Assembly (NCBI RefSeq): GCF_001194135.2
Contig: NC_069002.1
Coordinates: forward strand, 8,797,990-8,861,989
Direction: 5' to 3'
Length of the DNA: 64,000 nt
Origin: Octopus bimaculoides
Lineage: Eukaryota
Position 1 is the stretch's first letter. Every line of letters begins with the position of its first letter. The position numbers and the translations under genes were made by a program. Shown here in pieces: positions 25,821 through 38,639 of this stretch. Below the pieces are notes generated by a model. The model saw nothing but the letters and a program-made list of their open reading frames with translations, did no database searches and was not told where the DNA came from.

Positions 25821-26611
25821 ATATCACGTTATCACATGATCGACCAAACTCTCGAATGTTGTTATACACCGCTGATCACAATGCACTTCGCATTGTTTTA
25901 GCTTTCGAATGATATCACCCTGCTGATTTCGCAGGTAGTCCAATGTAAATAAGCGTATATGTATGTATGTATGTACGTACGTACGTATGTATGTATTTTA
26001 GCGTTTATAAATTTCTTTTTATTACACCTTAATGCTTTTTAAATGATATAAGAATAAATATTCAACCGTAAATATATATTTACATTACTTAAACTGAACG
26101 TTTTTGTGTAGATGTATACAAAAGATGCGAGTGAATTAAAAGTTCGTTTTATTTTTATAGGTCTATATCGTTTATATCACTGTCCAAACACACACATACA
26201 TACACACACACACTCACACATGTACATGCACACACACACGGTTATATATATTTGTATACGTGTATGTGTGCATATGTATACATATGTGCGAGTGCGTCTT
26301 GCCGAAGTCGGGGTTTCTGTCTATCGAAGCTTAAATTGTTGATCAAAGACATTAATAGCAGTGTCAGATAAATATGCAAATTTATGTAAATATTATTGGC
26401 GACGAATCAAATATTAATTAAGCGGAGTCTTGAAAATTTATGAAATATAATAGAGATTGAAAAGTTTAATATAGAAATTTTATTTAATTCTGGAAGAGAA
26501 ATATGGCTGAAGGTAGATATAATAATTTTGTTATCTTCCTCATTAGATATGAGACTGCACTTTGTCAGTGTCATAGTGCGAGATATATTATATCTTTTTT
26601 ATAAGTGAAGG

Positions 26612-26935
26612 TGAGTGGCTTAGTCATTAGGGGCATTCGGCTCTCGATCGTTAGGTCATGAGTTCGTTTCTCGCCGGCGCTTTGTGTCTTTTGAGCAAGA
26701 CACTTTATTTCACGTTGTTCCAGTCCATTCAGCTAGCAAAAATGAATAGCAATTGTAATTCAGAGGGCCAGCCATGACACATTCTGTTTAATGCTGAATC
26801 TCCCTGAGAACTACGTTAAGGATACACGTGTCCGTGGAGTACACAGCCACTTGTACATTAATTTCATGATCAGGCTGTTCCGTTGATCAAATCTACTGAA
26901 ACACTCTTCATCGTAACCGACAGTGTACCAATTAT
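26612..26935 (+). mobile_element. tRNA-headed SINE (family D variant)
   Basis: gtgaaggtgagtggcttagt..tagg..gagttcgtttctc (A and B boxes), ttgagcaagacactttatttcacgttg, 3' part matching family D. Confidence 0.8.
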
Positions 26936-27209
26936 CTTTTATCCTTTACATCTTATTTGTTTCGATCACTGGACTGCGGCCATGCTGGGGCATAGCTCTG
27001 AGTCAAAGTTGACTTCACAATGTTAAGAACTCAGAGCGAATAAAACCGGAACGATTATTGCAAAGCAATCCATCGACCGCTCTGGTGCCTCCACCAATTG
27101 CTCATCTATTTGTCAGTTAAACGTTGCATTGTTCCTATCTTTTAATCTTTTATTTTTACTTGGTTAAGTGATGGACCTATGAAATATTGAAGTCCTAGAT
27201 ATATATCGT

Positions 27210-27540
27210 GAAGGCGCACGGCTCAGTGGGCTCGCAGTCATGAGGTTGTGAGTTCGATTCTCGGACCAGGATGCATGTTGTGTACTTGAGCAAGACACTT
27301 TATTTCACGTTGCTCCAGTTCACTCAGCTGTAGAAATGAGTTGTGACTTCACTGGTGCCAAGCTGTATCAACCTTTGTCTTTCCCTTGGATAACATCGGT
27401 GGCATGGAGAGGGGGGCTGGCATGCATGGGCGACTGTTGGTCTTCCATAAGAAACGTTGCCCGGACTTGTGTCTGGGAGGAGAACATTCTACGTGCAATC
27501 CCATGGTCATTCCTGACCGAAGGGGGTCTTTACCTCTTTG
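27210..27540 (+). mobile_element. tRNA-headed SINE with a different 3' tail
   Basis: gtgaaggcgcacggctcagtgg..gagttcgattctcggacc..ttgagcaagacactttatttcacgttgctccag, then a tail unrelated to family D. Confidence 0.75.
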
Positions 27541-27869
27541 CCCTTTTAAATATACTACTAAACCAAATATGGCCTGAATTTAAAACTTTATCTGTCCAAC
27601 TCAGCTGAATAAAAATAATAATATCATGAATATAGCTTGGAGAGGAATGTGTCCAACGAAACGTAACTTTAATCCGGATACACTTTGTGTAGACTAAACT
27701 TCCCATTTTGAAAGTCTGGTTCTATAGAATGCGAGATAACCATTTCATTCAATTGTCAGATTAGAAACTAAAACTTGGAAGTAAATCTCGTAGACGATTT
27801 ACTGAAACGAATTATCAGTCATTGTCCACTTCACTAATCAACAAACTGACAAATTCAACAGTTTAGTGG

Positions 27870-28190
27870 GGAGAGAGAGGGGGGAGAGAGAGGGAGAGAG
27901 AGAGAAGTGCTAGAAAGTGAGAGAGGGTCTGAGAGAAATAGAGAGAGAGAGAGAGAGTGGGGTATTTAATGGATTGTATTGTGAAGATGGCGGAAACTGT
28001 ATTTGTTTGAGTTTATCGAGAGCCAGCGATTCTTGAAAAAAAAAAAGAGAAAATAATAAAGAAACAAAACAAAAAAGAAAACCTACAAAAGAAAAATAAA
28101 CAAACAGAATTTCATATATGAATTGAATTCCGTCTCACGGTCTGCTGCCCTCTAAATCCGAACTAGTCATGTCTTTGTAGACAGTAAGAC
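27870..28190 (+). promoter_or_regulatory. Putative promoter and non-coding first exon (left copy)
   Basis: GA-rich tract, AAGATGGCG (YY1-type motif, typically just downstream of a TSS), A-rich leader, then ACA|GTAAGA donor at 28184; same elements in the paralog. Confidence 0.4.
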
Positions 28191-29952
28191 AGACTAACAG
28201 ACAGATAAGTAAATATAGGTCGACATACATAAATAGGTATTTCTATGTATCTTGTGATGAGTTTTGACAGCTGAATCGACTAGGGTAACGAGAAATAAAG
28301 TATTCTGCTCAAGAACCTGTAGCATCAAGGAAGCAAATTATCGGAAACCGGAACCGAAATTGTATCACTGTATTCCATTGCTTGGTATTTACCTCTGGTA
28401 CTACAGACACCGCCGCAACATGTGTTATCGCATTTAATCAGACTAGAATTATTAGATTTAGATATGTTATCATATATAATCAGACTAGAATAGTTTACAC
28501 TGGTTATAATATTCGATATTGATTTTTTTGTCCTTTAATGTAAGAGATACATACACATGTATCTAATATTATATGTATATATTTTATCAATTTTTCTGTA
28601 CGACTGATAATTCGCTTACCACTCGTGATGGTATTTTAATAATATCATTCTTATATATATATGAAGTCGTCAATTATGGAACACGTCTGTCACTACATAA
28701 ACCTGATGATTGCATAATGCATGAAAGTACTAGTTTATTTCAATATTGTAATACTGTAAAAATTGCAAATAAAAAAACCTGAAAATCAAAACTTAGAATT
28801 TCATAGGTTAATATATTTTTTCATTACACAATCATGCAAACTCGGATATATATATATATANNNNNNNNNNNNNNNNNNNNNNNNNNNNNNNNNNNNNNNN
28901 NNNNNNNNNNNNNNNNNNNNNNNNNNNNNNNNNNNNNNNNNNNNNNNNNNNNNNNNNNNNNNNNNNNNNNNNNNNNNNNNNNNNNNNNNNNNNNNNNNNN
29001 NNNNNNNNNNNNNNNNNNNNNNNNNNNNNNNNNNNNNNNNNNNNNNNNNNNNNNNNNNNNNNNNNNNNNNNNNNNNNNNNNNNNNNNNNNNNNNNNNNNN
29101 NNNNNNNNNNNNNNNNNNNNNNNNNNNNNNNNNNNNNNNNNNNNNNNNNNNNNNNNNNNNNNNNNNNNNNNNNNNNNNNNNNNNNNNNNNNNNNNNNNNN
29201 NNNNNNNNNNNNNNNNNNNNNNNNNNNNNNNNNNNNNNNNNNNNNNNNNNNNNNNNNNNNNNNNNNNNNNNNNNNNNNATATATATATATATACAAAATA
29301 CATCTCACCTCGGAGGCTAGTCTTTCGTATCAAGGAACAGGAGATAGCTACTTAATACTTAGTCGAAAAAAAGCGATAATGATACTTTTAAACCTCCCGA
29401 TAAGAGAGAAAGTAACGACTTTTGCCTTATCAGAGTGAAAGATATAATTTGTATCAGAAGGAGATGTCCAAAAATATCTGCAAGATGCCGCCTTCACACC
29501 TGACATGCTAAGTTCGTCTGAAAGGCGTGTGCATGTGTATGTGTTTACGCGTGTGCGTATGCATGTGATTGTGCACGTGTGTGTGTTTGTGTATATATGT
29601 TTGTGTATGCGAGTTTGAGTATGTGTTTCTGTGAGTATATTGTGTATGTGTGTGTATGTATGTATGTATGTGAGTACAGGTGTGTGTGTGCATGTGTATG
29701 TTTGGATCTGTGTGTGTGTGCGCGTGTGTTTTTGTGTATGCGTCTGTGTTCGTGCGTGTATGAATGTTCGTGCGCGTTTGTGTTTGTGTGTGTTTTTGTC
29801 AGTGAGCGTGTGTGTTTCTGTTAGTGTGTGCATTGTATGTGTGTGCACGTGTATGTTTGCTTGTGTGTGTGTGTGTGTGCGTGTGTGTGTGTGTGTGCGT
29901 GCGTATGCGTGCGTGCGTTGATGTGCGTGTATGCATGTATGTTTGTGCGTCC

Positions 29953-30001
<49 letters not shown>

Positions 30002-30699
30002 TGTGTTTCTGTGAGTGTATGCATTGCATGTATATGTACACGTGTATGCTTGCCTGTGTCTGCGCGCGTGTGTGTGTGTTTGTGTATGTGTGCATGTATA
30101 TTAGTGCGCGTCTGTGTTTATGTGTGTGCGTTTTCTGTGTGTTTGTGCTTGTGTGTGTGCGCATCAGGGTTTTTTGTGCGTTTGTGCTTGTGTGCACCTG
30201 TGTTTATTTTTGTACCCTTCCACCATTTGACAACAGGTGTTTATTCGTTTAAGTTCCCTGCTGGCTATACCAAAATTCACACCAAAACCAGCTGAAAGTA
30301 TCAACACCTTTAAAACTAAAGAATAATGGTGGAACATACTTACAAAACCCAAAACGGGTGTAAGCAAAGAAATAAAAGAGAAACAGATATATAACAGTTA
30401 AATGGGACAGGTAACAAAATTTGTGTGCCGTTATGGAGATTAGCTTCCCAGAAAATGTGAATGACCAAAATACTTAATTTCACGTTACTCTGCAACCTTT
30501 TCGTTGTTCCTGAGAAAAATGCTTCCATTTCCCGTTGCCCGCGATCACTTCGACATCTGACTTATGGAATACTGCACACCTGTTTTCTTTTTTTGTTTTT
30601 TTTAATGGTTGAAGTAAAAGAAAAAAATGCAAATCTATGAGAAGCTTATGGGGAGCCTATAGTACTCAGTGTACTACTACACGCCTGATATCGAAGTGA

Positions 30700-30815
30700 T
30701 TGCAGCTCAGCATGAAATTAAGTATTTTGCTCAAAAACACCATGAATTACCCAATTCAGGATTTGAACCCACGGTCTCGCGATCGTGGGTGCAACACCTT
30801 AATCACTGCACCACG
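30700..30815 (-). mobile_element. tRNA-headed SINE 5' fragment
   Basis: tttgctcaaaaacac..ggatttgaacccacggtctcgcgatcgtgggtgcaacacc.taa.cactgcaccacgcgc. Confidence 0.7.
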
Positions 30816-31229
30816 CGCACACACATAAACAGCAATGAAACATAGACACGTGTTTCATTGTGACACGCATTCATATTCTATCTTAGATCTATTAAATTCC
30901 TTTCTACCGTCACATCTGATCGTGATGGAATATTTATATGGCTTTTACATGGTTTTCCATCAATCATCAAAGACTCATTGCATATGACTTTTCTAAAGGC
31001 CTTTCAAAGTTTATTTATCATTCTTCCTACACTGAATTAAGATAATTCTTAGGATATTTATGCGCATTTTTTTTTTTTTTAGTATTTCTCCATGTCGTCT
31101 CAAACTTTTTCAGCAGTTGCTCGTCAGTCAATTTTGACCAATTTTTTCTTTATGTGTGCGTGTTTATGCGCGCGCATGTTTGTGCGTGCGGTCGTTTGGT
31201 TTTGCTTTCATTACACATGGTAAAAAACA

Positions 31230-31335
31230 CGACTGGCACCTTGAGCAAATGTCTTTTACTGTAATCTCGGATCGACCAAAGCCGTGTGAGTGTATTTGGT
31301 AGACGGAAACTGGAAAAAAACCCGTCGTATATATA
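31230..31335 (+). mobile_element. SINE family A, 5'-truncated, running into (TA)n and a gap
   Basis: ggcaccttgagcaa.tgtctt..gaccaaagcc.tgtgagtgtatttggtagacggaaact..cccgtcgtata. Confidence 0.8.
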
Positions 31336-31529
31336 TATATNNNNNNNNNNNNNNNNNNNNNNNNNNNNNNNNNNNNNNNNNNNNNNNNNNNNNNNNNNNN
31401 NNNNNNNNNNNNNNNNNNNNNNNNNNNNNNNNNNNNNNNNNNNNNNNNNNNNNNNNNNNNNNNNNNNNNNNNNNNNNNNNNNNNNNNNNNNNNNNNNNNN
31501 NNNNNNNNNNNNNNNNNNNNNNNNNNNNN

Positions 31530-31586
<57 letters not shown>

Positions 31587-31944
31587 GTATATAAACAGAC
31601 ATACATGTATCTATATGTACATACACACACATATTTCTTCTATCTCATGCCTTCTTTCCATATCCGACAAAGGCATTTCATATCTCTCCTTCACCACCAT
31701 CACCATCACCACCATCACCATCACCACTGAGCCTGTATATTCATCCGCTCTCTATCAATTCATTTCTTCTCTCTATCCTACGCTGTTTCTCACTTTCCCT
31801 TTTGTCTTTCTTCCGTCTTTCTCTGTTATTCATGTTTTCTTTCTTTCCATTTGCACTTATGCACTCACTCACAAACGCGCATACATATACACACGCAACT
31901 GCACACACATGTAGTATGTGTAGATGTATGTCTATACACACATG

Positions 31945-31989
<45 letters not shown>

Positions 31990-32589
31990 TTGTATACACA
32001 CATAATTTGTTGCATACACGCACTGACACACGTGTGTGTGTGTGTTCTTACGTACACGCTTTAAACACATATAAATCTATATACATATATGTTTACCTGT
32101 ATGCATATATATATTTACGTATACGCACACATGCTTGTAGACACATGATATATTTTTTTCTAATTTTTCATTTTTTCTTTTTTGAATATTGTTTTCTTTT
32201 CCACTAAGCAGAGATGTAGAAACGCGTGCGCCCGGGCATGTGTGTATGCGCTCGCGTGTTAGCATGTGAGTGCGCGTGCGCATGTGCACGCGCGCGTATA
32301 AGCGTGTGTGTGTGTGCGTGTATGTGAATTTGTGTGCGTGTGTGTGTATGAGTAGTTGGTGTCTTTCACATACCCACCCCACATACACACACACACACAC
32401 ACTCACGCACACACACACGCACACACACGCACATCATAATCTGTAGCATTAGAATCGGGGAAATTAGTAAGCCAGGAATTAGAGATGATGAAGTCGTAGA
32501 CATTTTGAAACAGGCATTTCTGACTCGTTCCGGAGGTATGGTAAGGATGATACAGTTCTATATTTAAGAGATGAGGAATATTTAAGGGA

Positions 32590-33580
32590 TGTGGCCGCTC
32601 AGATCGCCACCCCTGCTAGCTATGCAAATGACACAAAAGTTTCTCAGACGATACAAACTTCTGGAAATATTGCGGATCTACAACGGGAGGCGGACGCAAT
32701 ATACATTTGGGCAGAGGACAACAACATGCAGTTTAATGCAGGAAAATTCCAGGCCCTAAGTTACTAGCACAGAAAGCTAAACGACATGCAGACAAAATAC
32801 ACTGGCCCGAGAGGAATTGCAATCCCTGAATCAAAAACAGTGCGTGACCTGGGCATTGACATGAGCAATGATACATCTTTTCAAGTGCATATTACCAATT
32901 TGGTAACAAAATGCAGACGGCTGGATGGATAGATCCTCCGAACTTTCAAAACGCGAGAAAAGGAGATATTGATGATCCTTTGGGGGACATACGTCCTCAG
33001 CCGCTTGGACTACTGCTCCCAGCTATGATCACCACTTCGGAGCTCGAAGCAATCCAACGAAGCTACACTAAGAAAATCGTCTCCATGCAACGTATCAGTT
33101 ATTGGGGAAGACTGAAAGAATTAAAGCTCTTCTCCCGAGAACGAAGGCGGGGAAGATATGCTGTGATATACATCTGGAAAATCCTAGAAGGCCTTGTATC
33201 AAACTTTGGCATTGAAGATTACTCAAACTGCAGAATGCGGCGCCACTGCATAGTGCCAAAGATCCCAGCATTACCATCCAAATACAGAACCAGGTACTGT
33301 AACAGCTTGGGCTTCAAGGGCCCACAGTCTTTCAATATCCATCCAAAATGCCTGAGAGACTTGTATGGTGTGGATGTAGGTGTCTTCAAAACAAAACTGG
33401 ATCCCCCTCCTGTCAAAGGTTCCGGATGAGCCTACCTCAAGGTAGGAAACACAGATGAGGGCAGTGGCATCAAACTCCCTCATTGACCAAATGCCATATA
33501 TCAGAGGAGGTTTCAAATAATGGCGTAGCTCAGTCAACTGTGGTGCCCCAACACGACCGCAGCTTTGAACCTGAAACAGT
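32590..33580 (+). mobile_element. 5'-truncated CR1/L2/Crack-clade LINE: C-terminal reverse transcriptase, with stops and frameshifts
   Basis: SYANDTK (YADD-like), WAEDNNMQFNAGKFQ, VRDLGI, LSRLDYCSQL, ELEAIQRSYTKKI, SYWGRLKELKLFSRERRR, VFKTKLD. Confidence 0.92.
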
Positions 33581-34619
33581 TTAAAAAATTAACGAATTAA
33601 AATATTATTCTATAAACATTTGATATCTTATTTAATATCAGGAACCTATCAATGATGATCTCAGTCGCCACAGTCTCAAGATATGATATAATATATGTAA
33701 ACCCATATAATAGATATATAAACAGGGTTAATTCAGGTGTTTCTCTGTCAATTGAAAAATGGTGAACAACCTTCAATCGATCCTCGAAATTTACTAGCTT
33801 CGCATCCTGAGGTGTATAGGACGTGACGTTAACCTCTCTGTGCAAAATATTGTGAAACGAAATCGGAAGACTTGTTAGCATTTTACATCCGTTATCGTAC
33901 ATTTTTGGTGATAGGAATAAACAAACTCGGTTGTTTTGAAATTAAATTCAATCAAAAAATATTTAAATTAGATTAAAATGCATTATTCAGATGTTAAGTA
34001 ATTACTTTTTGAAATTATTAACATAAAAACAAATTATTTTGTATCAAACTTTGTATAAAATTATTCTAAATGAATTGTTTTGCATTAAAATGAATAAATA
34101 ACATATCTAACTGGTTTTTAGCTACAATAACTGTGGGTGAGAATATATTCAGACATTAAATGTGATGTAAATACGAAACTAAAAACATAATGAACATGAT
34201 TTTTATTCATGAGAGTTGTGCGAAGCCATAAGTCACTGTTTATACAAACTAATTGGAACATCTTTTTATTTTAAATTAACAATAAACATACATAAAAGCG
34301 TTAGCTTAGAAACATCGAGAAAATGTAATAACATTTTTACCAACGCTACGAAACTTAAAACGATAGCTTCAAACTGTGCTTGGCCAAAATTAGCTTCTTT
34401 GCTGAGAAAGACTTTCGTCGTGGCTATCTCAAAGATCGACACAGTAATTTTTATTTTGCTTTTTTATAAACGTGAAGAACAAAAATATCATACCCGTAGA
34501 TAAGAGGCTGAATTTGAAGCATATATATATTACATACATACATACATATGTATGTATGCATGTGGCACATGCATGCATGTGCCACAAACTTTAAAGATTA
34601 CAATGAATTCGCAATTTAG

Positions 34620-36243
34620 TAACCCTCAAAGTCCGACACATTACGTGCCAAAAAATAGAAATATGAAACTTATTTGTAATATGGATTTTTACTTTTACCT
34701 TGAAAAATAATGAAGAAATGCCTGTCCGCTTTGTTTATAACGATTGTTTCGTTACTGAATGAGCGTAGCCTACAAAATTTTAAAGACATTTTGCTTTAAG
34801 ACATTCCTTCTAAAGCAGTGAACCTAAAGAATTTTTTGAAAGGCTATCGGATTCTTTCAGCAAACAGAAGCATTGTTTTGAGACTAATATTCACACTATA
34901 GACATAGCGGAATACTTAAGGGCATCTTTTGAAGCTGCTTATTTTAATTGCAAGAGATAAAAAAATAAACATATAGCATCGGTGAAGATATTTCAGTGAT
35001 AAAAATGACAACATTATATGGAGATGAATTATGGAGAGTTCTTTTGTCAAATAATAATGTTAGTAGTCATACTTAAAAAAACATAATGACAACCAATTCG
35101 AGCAAATTATTGAAAGAAATTGAAGAAAAAAGTAAAAATCGCAATTTAATTAGAAGAGATGATTGACATTACAAACGCAACACAATTATTGGAATATGTC
35201 AGAAATTGTCACGAGAATAGTATCCACAAAAACTTGTTGATCTGTAGGTCGTTAGATGAAAGTACTTCAGGTGAAATTATTTTTCAAAATTAGATTATTG
35301 TTCCCGGGAAGCTGCCCTTGAATGGAATATCTACGTTGGCGTATTTGCTGATGGCGTAGCCGCTATGACAGGAAGGAAAATTCAATTTCAATTTCAAGTC
35401 AAATATGCAAGCAAAAATCCTATTACTTTCACTCTTTGCATGGCTCATCGAGAGACGTAAGTGTCGGAGGAAATTTCTGTAGATCTCAATGCAAGGTTAC
35501 AAGATGCAGTTGAAATTATTAAGTTTATTAAAAGACGTCTTTTCAATAGTTTCCTCTTCACAAATATCTGTAATGAAATAGAATCCAATTTCAGCGAACT
35601 TATTCAGAACAGGAGTGCAGTGGTTCTCAAAAGAACGAGCTTCGAAACGGTTATTAGAATTTAAAAATTGTTGTAATATTCCTGACGGGACAAAAATTCA
35701 GATTTCACAAATAAGATTGGTTATGCAAATTATTTTGTTTGTCGGATGCTTTTGGAAAACTTAATGAATTTTATGCCTCTAAAAGTAAACAAGAAAAATA
35801 TTTTCCTACTTAAATTTAAAATTCAAGTTTCCATAAAAAAATAAACATGTGGAAATAAAAATATTAAAAAAAAACAGAAAAGGAATAAATTGGAAAGGAT
35901 CTCATATACATTTTTTTTTTTTTTTATATATGAACAGAATTTTGATTTGATCAAGCAAATAATAATTGATCGCTTGGAGAATCTAGAAAGCATTACCAGA
36001 AATACTTTTCGCCATCATTATTCAATGACCAATCAGACTGGAGCCAAAATCTAGTCTCAGTTAAAATAGAGCGTGAGAAACAGCTGACACTAAGAGAAAT
36101 GGGAAGAATATGTAGAAGAACTTTCGAATGATTCAACTCTGAGAAATCTTTAAACGGTTTTGGTCTTAGTGTTGTTGTTGAAATTAGCATTTGAAACCTT
36201 TCTACAATTTGTCAGAAAGTATTTGTGAAAAATAGATCGGAAG
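34620..36243 (+). mobile_element. Decayed hAT-superfamily transposase (Buster/Charlie/ZBED5-like); 3' part lost in a gap
   Basis: Fragments YGFTF, KRHF..RH, KEFF, AYLIARDKK, DITNATQLLEYVR, LDESTSGEIIF, DGVAAMTGRK, CMAHRE, LQDAVEIIKFIKRR..NS..F..IC.E; many stops. Confidence 0.9.
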
Positions 36244-36959
36244 NNNNNNNNNNNNNNNNNNNNNNNNNNNNNNNNNNNNNNNNNNNNNNNNNNNNNNNNN
36301 NNNNNNNNNNNNNNNNNNNNNNNNNNNNNNNNNNNNNNNNNNNNNNNNNNNNNNNNNNNNNNNNNNNNNNNNNNNNNNNNNNNNNNNNNNNNNNNNNNNN
36401 NNNNNNNNNNNNNNNNNNNNNNNNNNNNNNNNNNNNNNNNNNNNNNNNNNNNNNNNNNNNNNNNNNNNNNNNNNNNNNNNNNNNNNNNNNNNNNNNNNNN
36501 NNNNNNNNNNNNNNNNNNNNNNNNNNNNNNNNNNNNNNNNNNNNNNNNNNNNNNNNNNNNNNNNNNNNNNNNNNNNNNNNNNNNNNNNNNNNNNNNNNNN
36601 NNNNNNNNNNNNNNNNNNNNNNNNNNNNNNNNNNNNNNNNNNNNNNNNNNNNNNNNNNNNNNNNNNNNNNNNNNNNNNNNNNNNNNNNNNNNNNNNNNNN
36701 NNNNNNNNNNNNNNNNNNNNNNNNNNNNNNNNNNNNNNNNNNNNNNNNNNNNNNNNNNNNNNNNNNNNNNNNNNNNNNNNNNNNNNNNNNNNNNNNNNNN
36801 NNNNNNNNNNNNNNNNNNNNNNNNNNNNNNNNNNNNNNNNNNNNATATATAAATTTATATATAGTATATTTGCCACCCAAATGTGGCTAACCCTTAAGGG
36901 TTGATGCTACTGTAGCTTGTAGCCCCAGGAAAACATCTCCTCCAGCTATAGAGCTATAG

Positions 36960-37100
36960 GCGAAGGAGGGGCTGTGTGGTAAGAAGCTTGCTTCTCAACG
37001 ACATGGTTACAGGTTCAGTCCTACAGCGTGGTACAATAGCCTCGGGCCGACCAAAGCCCTGTGAGTGTATTTGGTAGACGGAAACTGAAAGAAGCCCGTC

Positions 37101-37132
<32 letters not shown>

Positions 37133-37315
37133 TCCACACCATCACTTGACAACCGATGTTGATATGTTTACGTCCCCGTAATCTAGCTGTTCAGCAAAAG
37201 ACACCAATAGAATAAGTACTAAGCTTACAAAGAATATGTCCTGGGGGTCGATTAATTCGACTAAAGGCGGTGCTCCAGCATGGCCACGGTCAAATGACTG
37301 AAACAAGTAAAAAAT
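36960..37315 (+). mobile_element. Full-length composite SINE A/B with internal (TG)n
   Basis: Head 36960-37105, (TG)n, tail 37130-37315; mirrors 3398-3792. Confidence 0.9.
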
Positions 37316-37844
37316 AAAGTAATATATACGTGTGTGTGTGTATGCGAGAGCAGGACATGGACTATGAAGTATATACATATATGACGAGACGACAGAATGA
37401 GAGATGGGAAAAATGAAAGAAAATGGAGAAATATTGGATAGAGAGAGAAAATTATTGCCAATGAACGGACGAAAACACGAGTTGGGTGGGACGAGAGGTG
37501 ATAATGGAAGACAGAAAGAAGCTAAAACAAACGTTTGCGTGCACGCACGGGAGGTGGGTTTTGTTTGTGTGTGTGTGTGTGTGTATACGTGAATACTTGA
37601 CTATCTCAGTGTGTATGTGTACCTGTATAAGGTTGAGTGAGGGTACAAGAGGGCACATAAATGCACGTTCGTATGTGTCAATGCTCACGTTTATACATAA
37701 ATACGTGTGTGCGTGTGTGTGTGTACGTGTGTGTACGTGTGTGTGCGTATTTACACACATAGAGGAGAGCAAATATTCGTGTGTGTGTATGTATGTATGT
37801 ATATCTGTATGTATGTATGAACGTACGTATATATACTTAAGTCA

Positions 37845-38020
37845 TTAAGCCATTCTGGGGCAGTGCTTTGAAGGACGTAGTAGAACAAATTAACCCCCAG
37901 TACATTTCTTTTAAGTCTGACACTTATTTTATCGGACACTTTTTGCCGAACCGCAAGATACGCAGACGTAAACAAATGAACGCCGGTTGCCAAGCGATGA
38001 CGGTGACAAACACAAAGACA
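37845..38020 (-). mobile_element. SINE B tail, diverged, leading into a microsatellite and gap
   Basis: cttttgccgaaccgc.aagatacg..gacgtaaaca..ccggttgccaagcgatg.cggtgacaaacac. Confidence 0.7.
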
Positions 38021-38055
38021 CACACACACGCGACACATATGCATGTAAATATATG

Positions 38056-38097
<42 letters not shown>

Positions 38098-38639
38098 NNN
38101 NNNNNNNNNNNNNNNNNNNNNNNNNNNNNNNNNNNNNNNNNNNNNNNNNNNNNNNNNNNNNNNNNNNNNNNNNNNNNNNNNNNNNNNNNNNNNNNNNNNN
38201 NNNNNNNNNNNNNNNNNNNNNNNNNNNNNNNNNNNNNNNNNNNNNNNNNNNNNNNNNNNNNNNNNNNNNNNNNNNNNNNNNNNNNNNNNNNNNNNNNNNN
38301 NNNNNNNNNNNNNNNNNNNNNNNNNNNNNNNNNNNNNNNNNNNNNNNNNNNNNNNNNNNNNNNNNNNNNNNNNNNNNNNNNNNNNNNNNNNNNNNNNNNN
38401 NNNNNNNNNNNNNNNNNNNNNNNNNNNNNNNNNNNNNNNNNNNNNNNNNNNNNNNNNNNNNNNNNNNNNNNNNNNNNNNNNNNNNNNNNNNNNNNNNNNN
38501 NNNNNNNNNNNNNNNNNNNNNNNNNNNNNNNNNNNNNNNNNNNNNNNNNNNNNNNNNNNNNNNNNNNNNNNNNNNNNNNNNNNNNNNNNNNNNNNNNNNN
38601 NNNNNNNNNNNNNNNNNNNNAAATTTCGAGCCTATTCTT

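Larger units (their letters stand above)
24740..28262 (+). repeat. Left copy of long inverted paralogous block (partner 51438-57220)
   Basis: Six colinear inverted islands: 24750-25180/56825-57220, 26095-26160/53545-53605, 26325-26400/53300-53380, 27630-27865/52055-52295, 27983-28045/51680-51736, 28097-28262/51438-51598. Confidence 0.9.

Noticed and set aside
33815-33845. TTAACCTCTCTGTGC match to the MIR/CORE domain
   Set aside because: Only about 15 nt with no tRNA head or flanking similarity; may be chance
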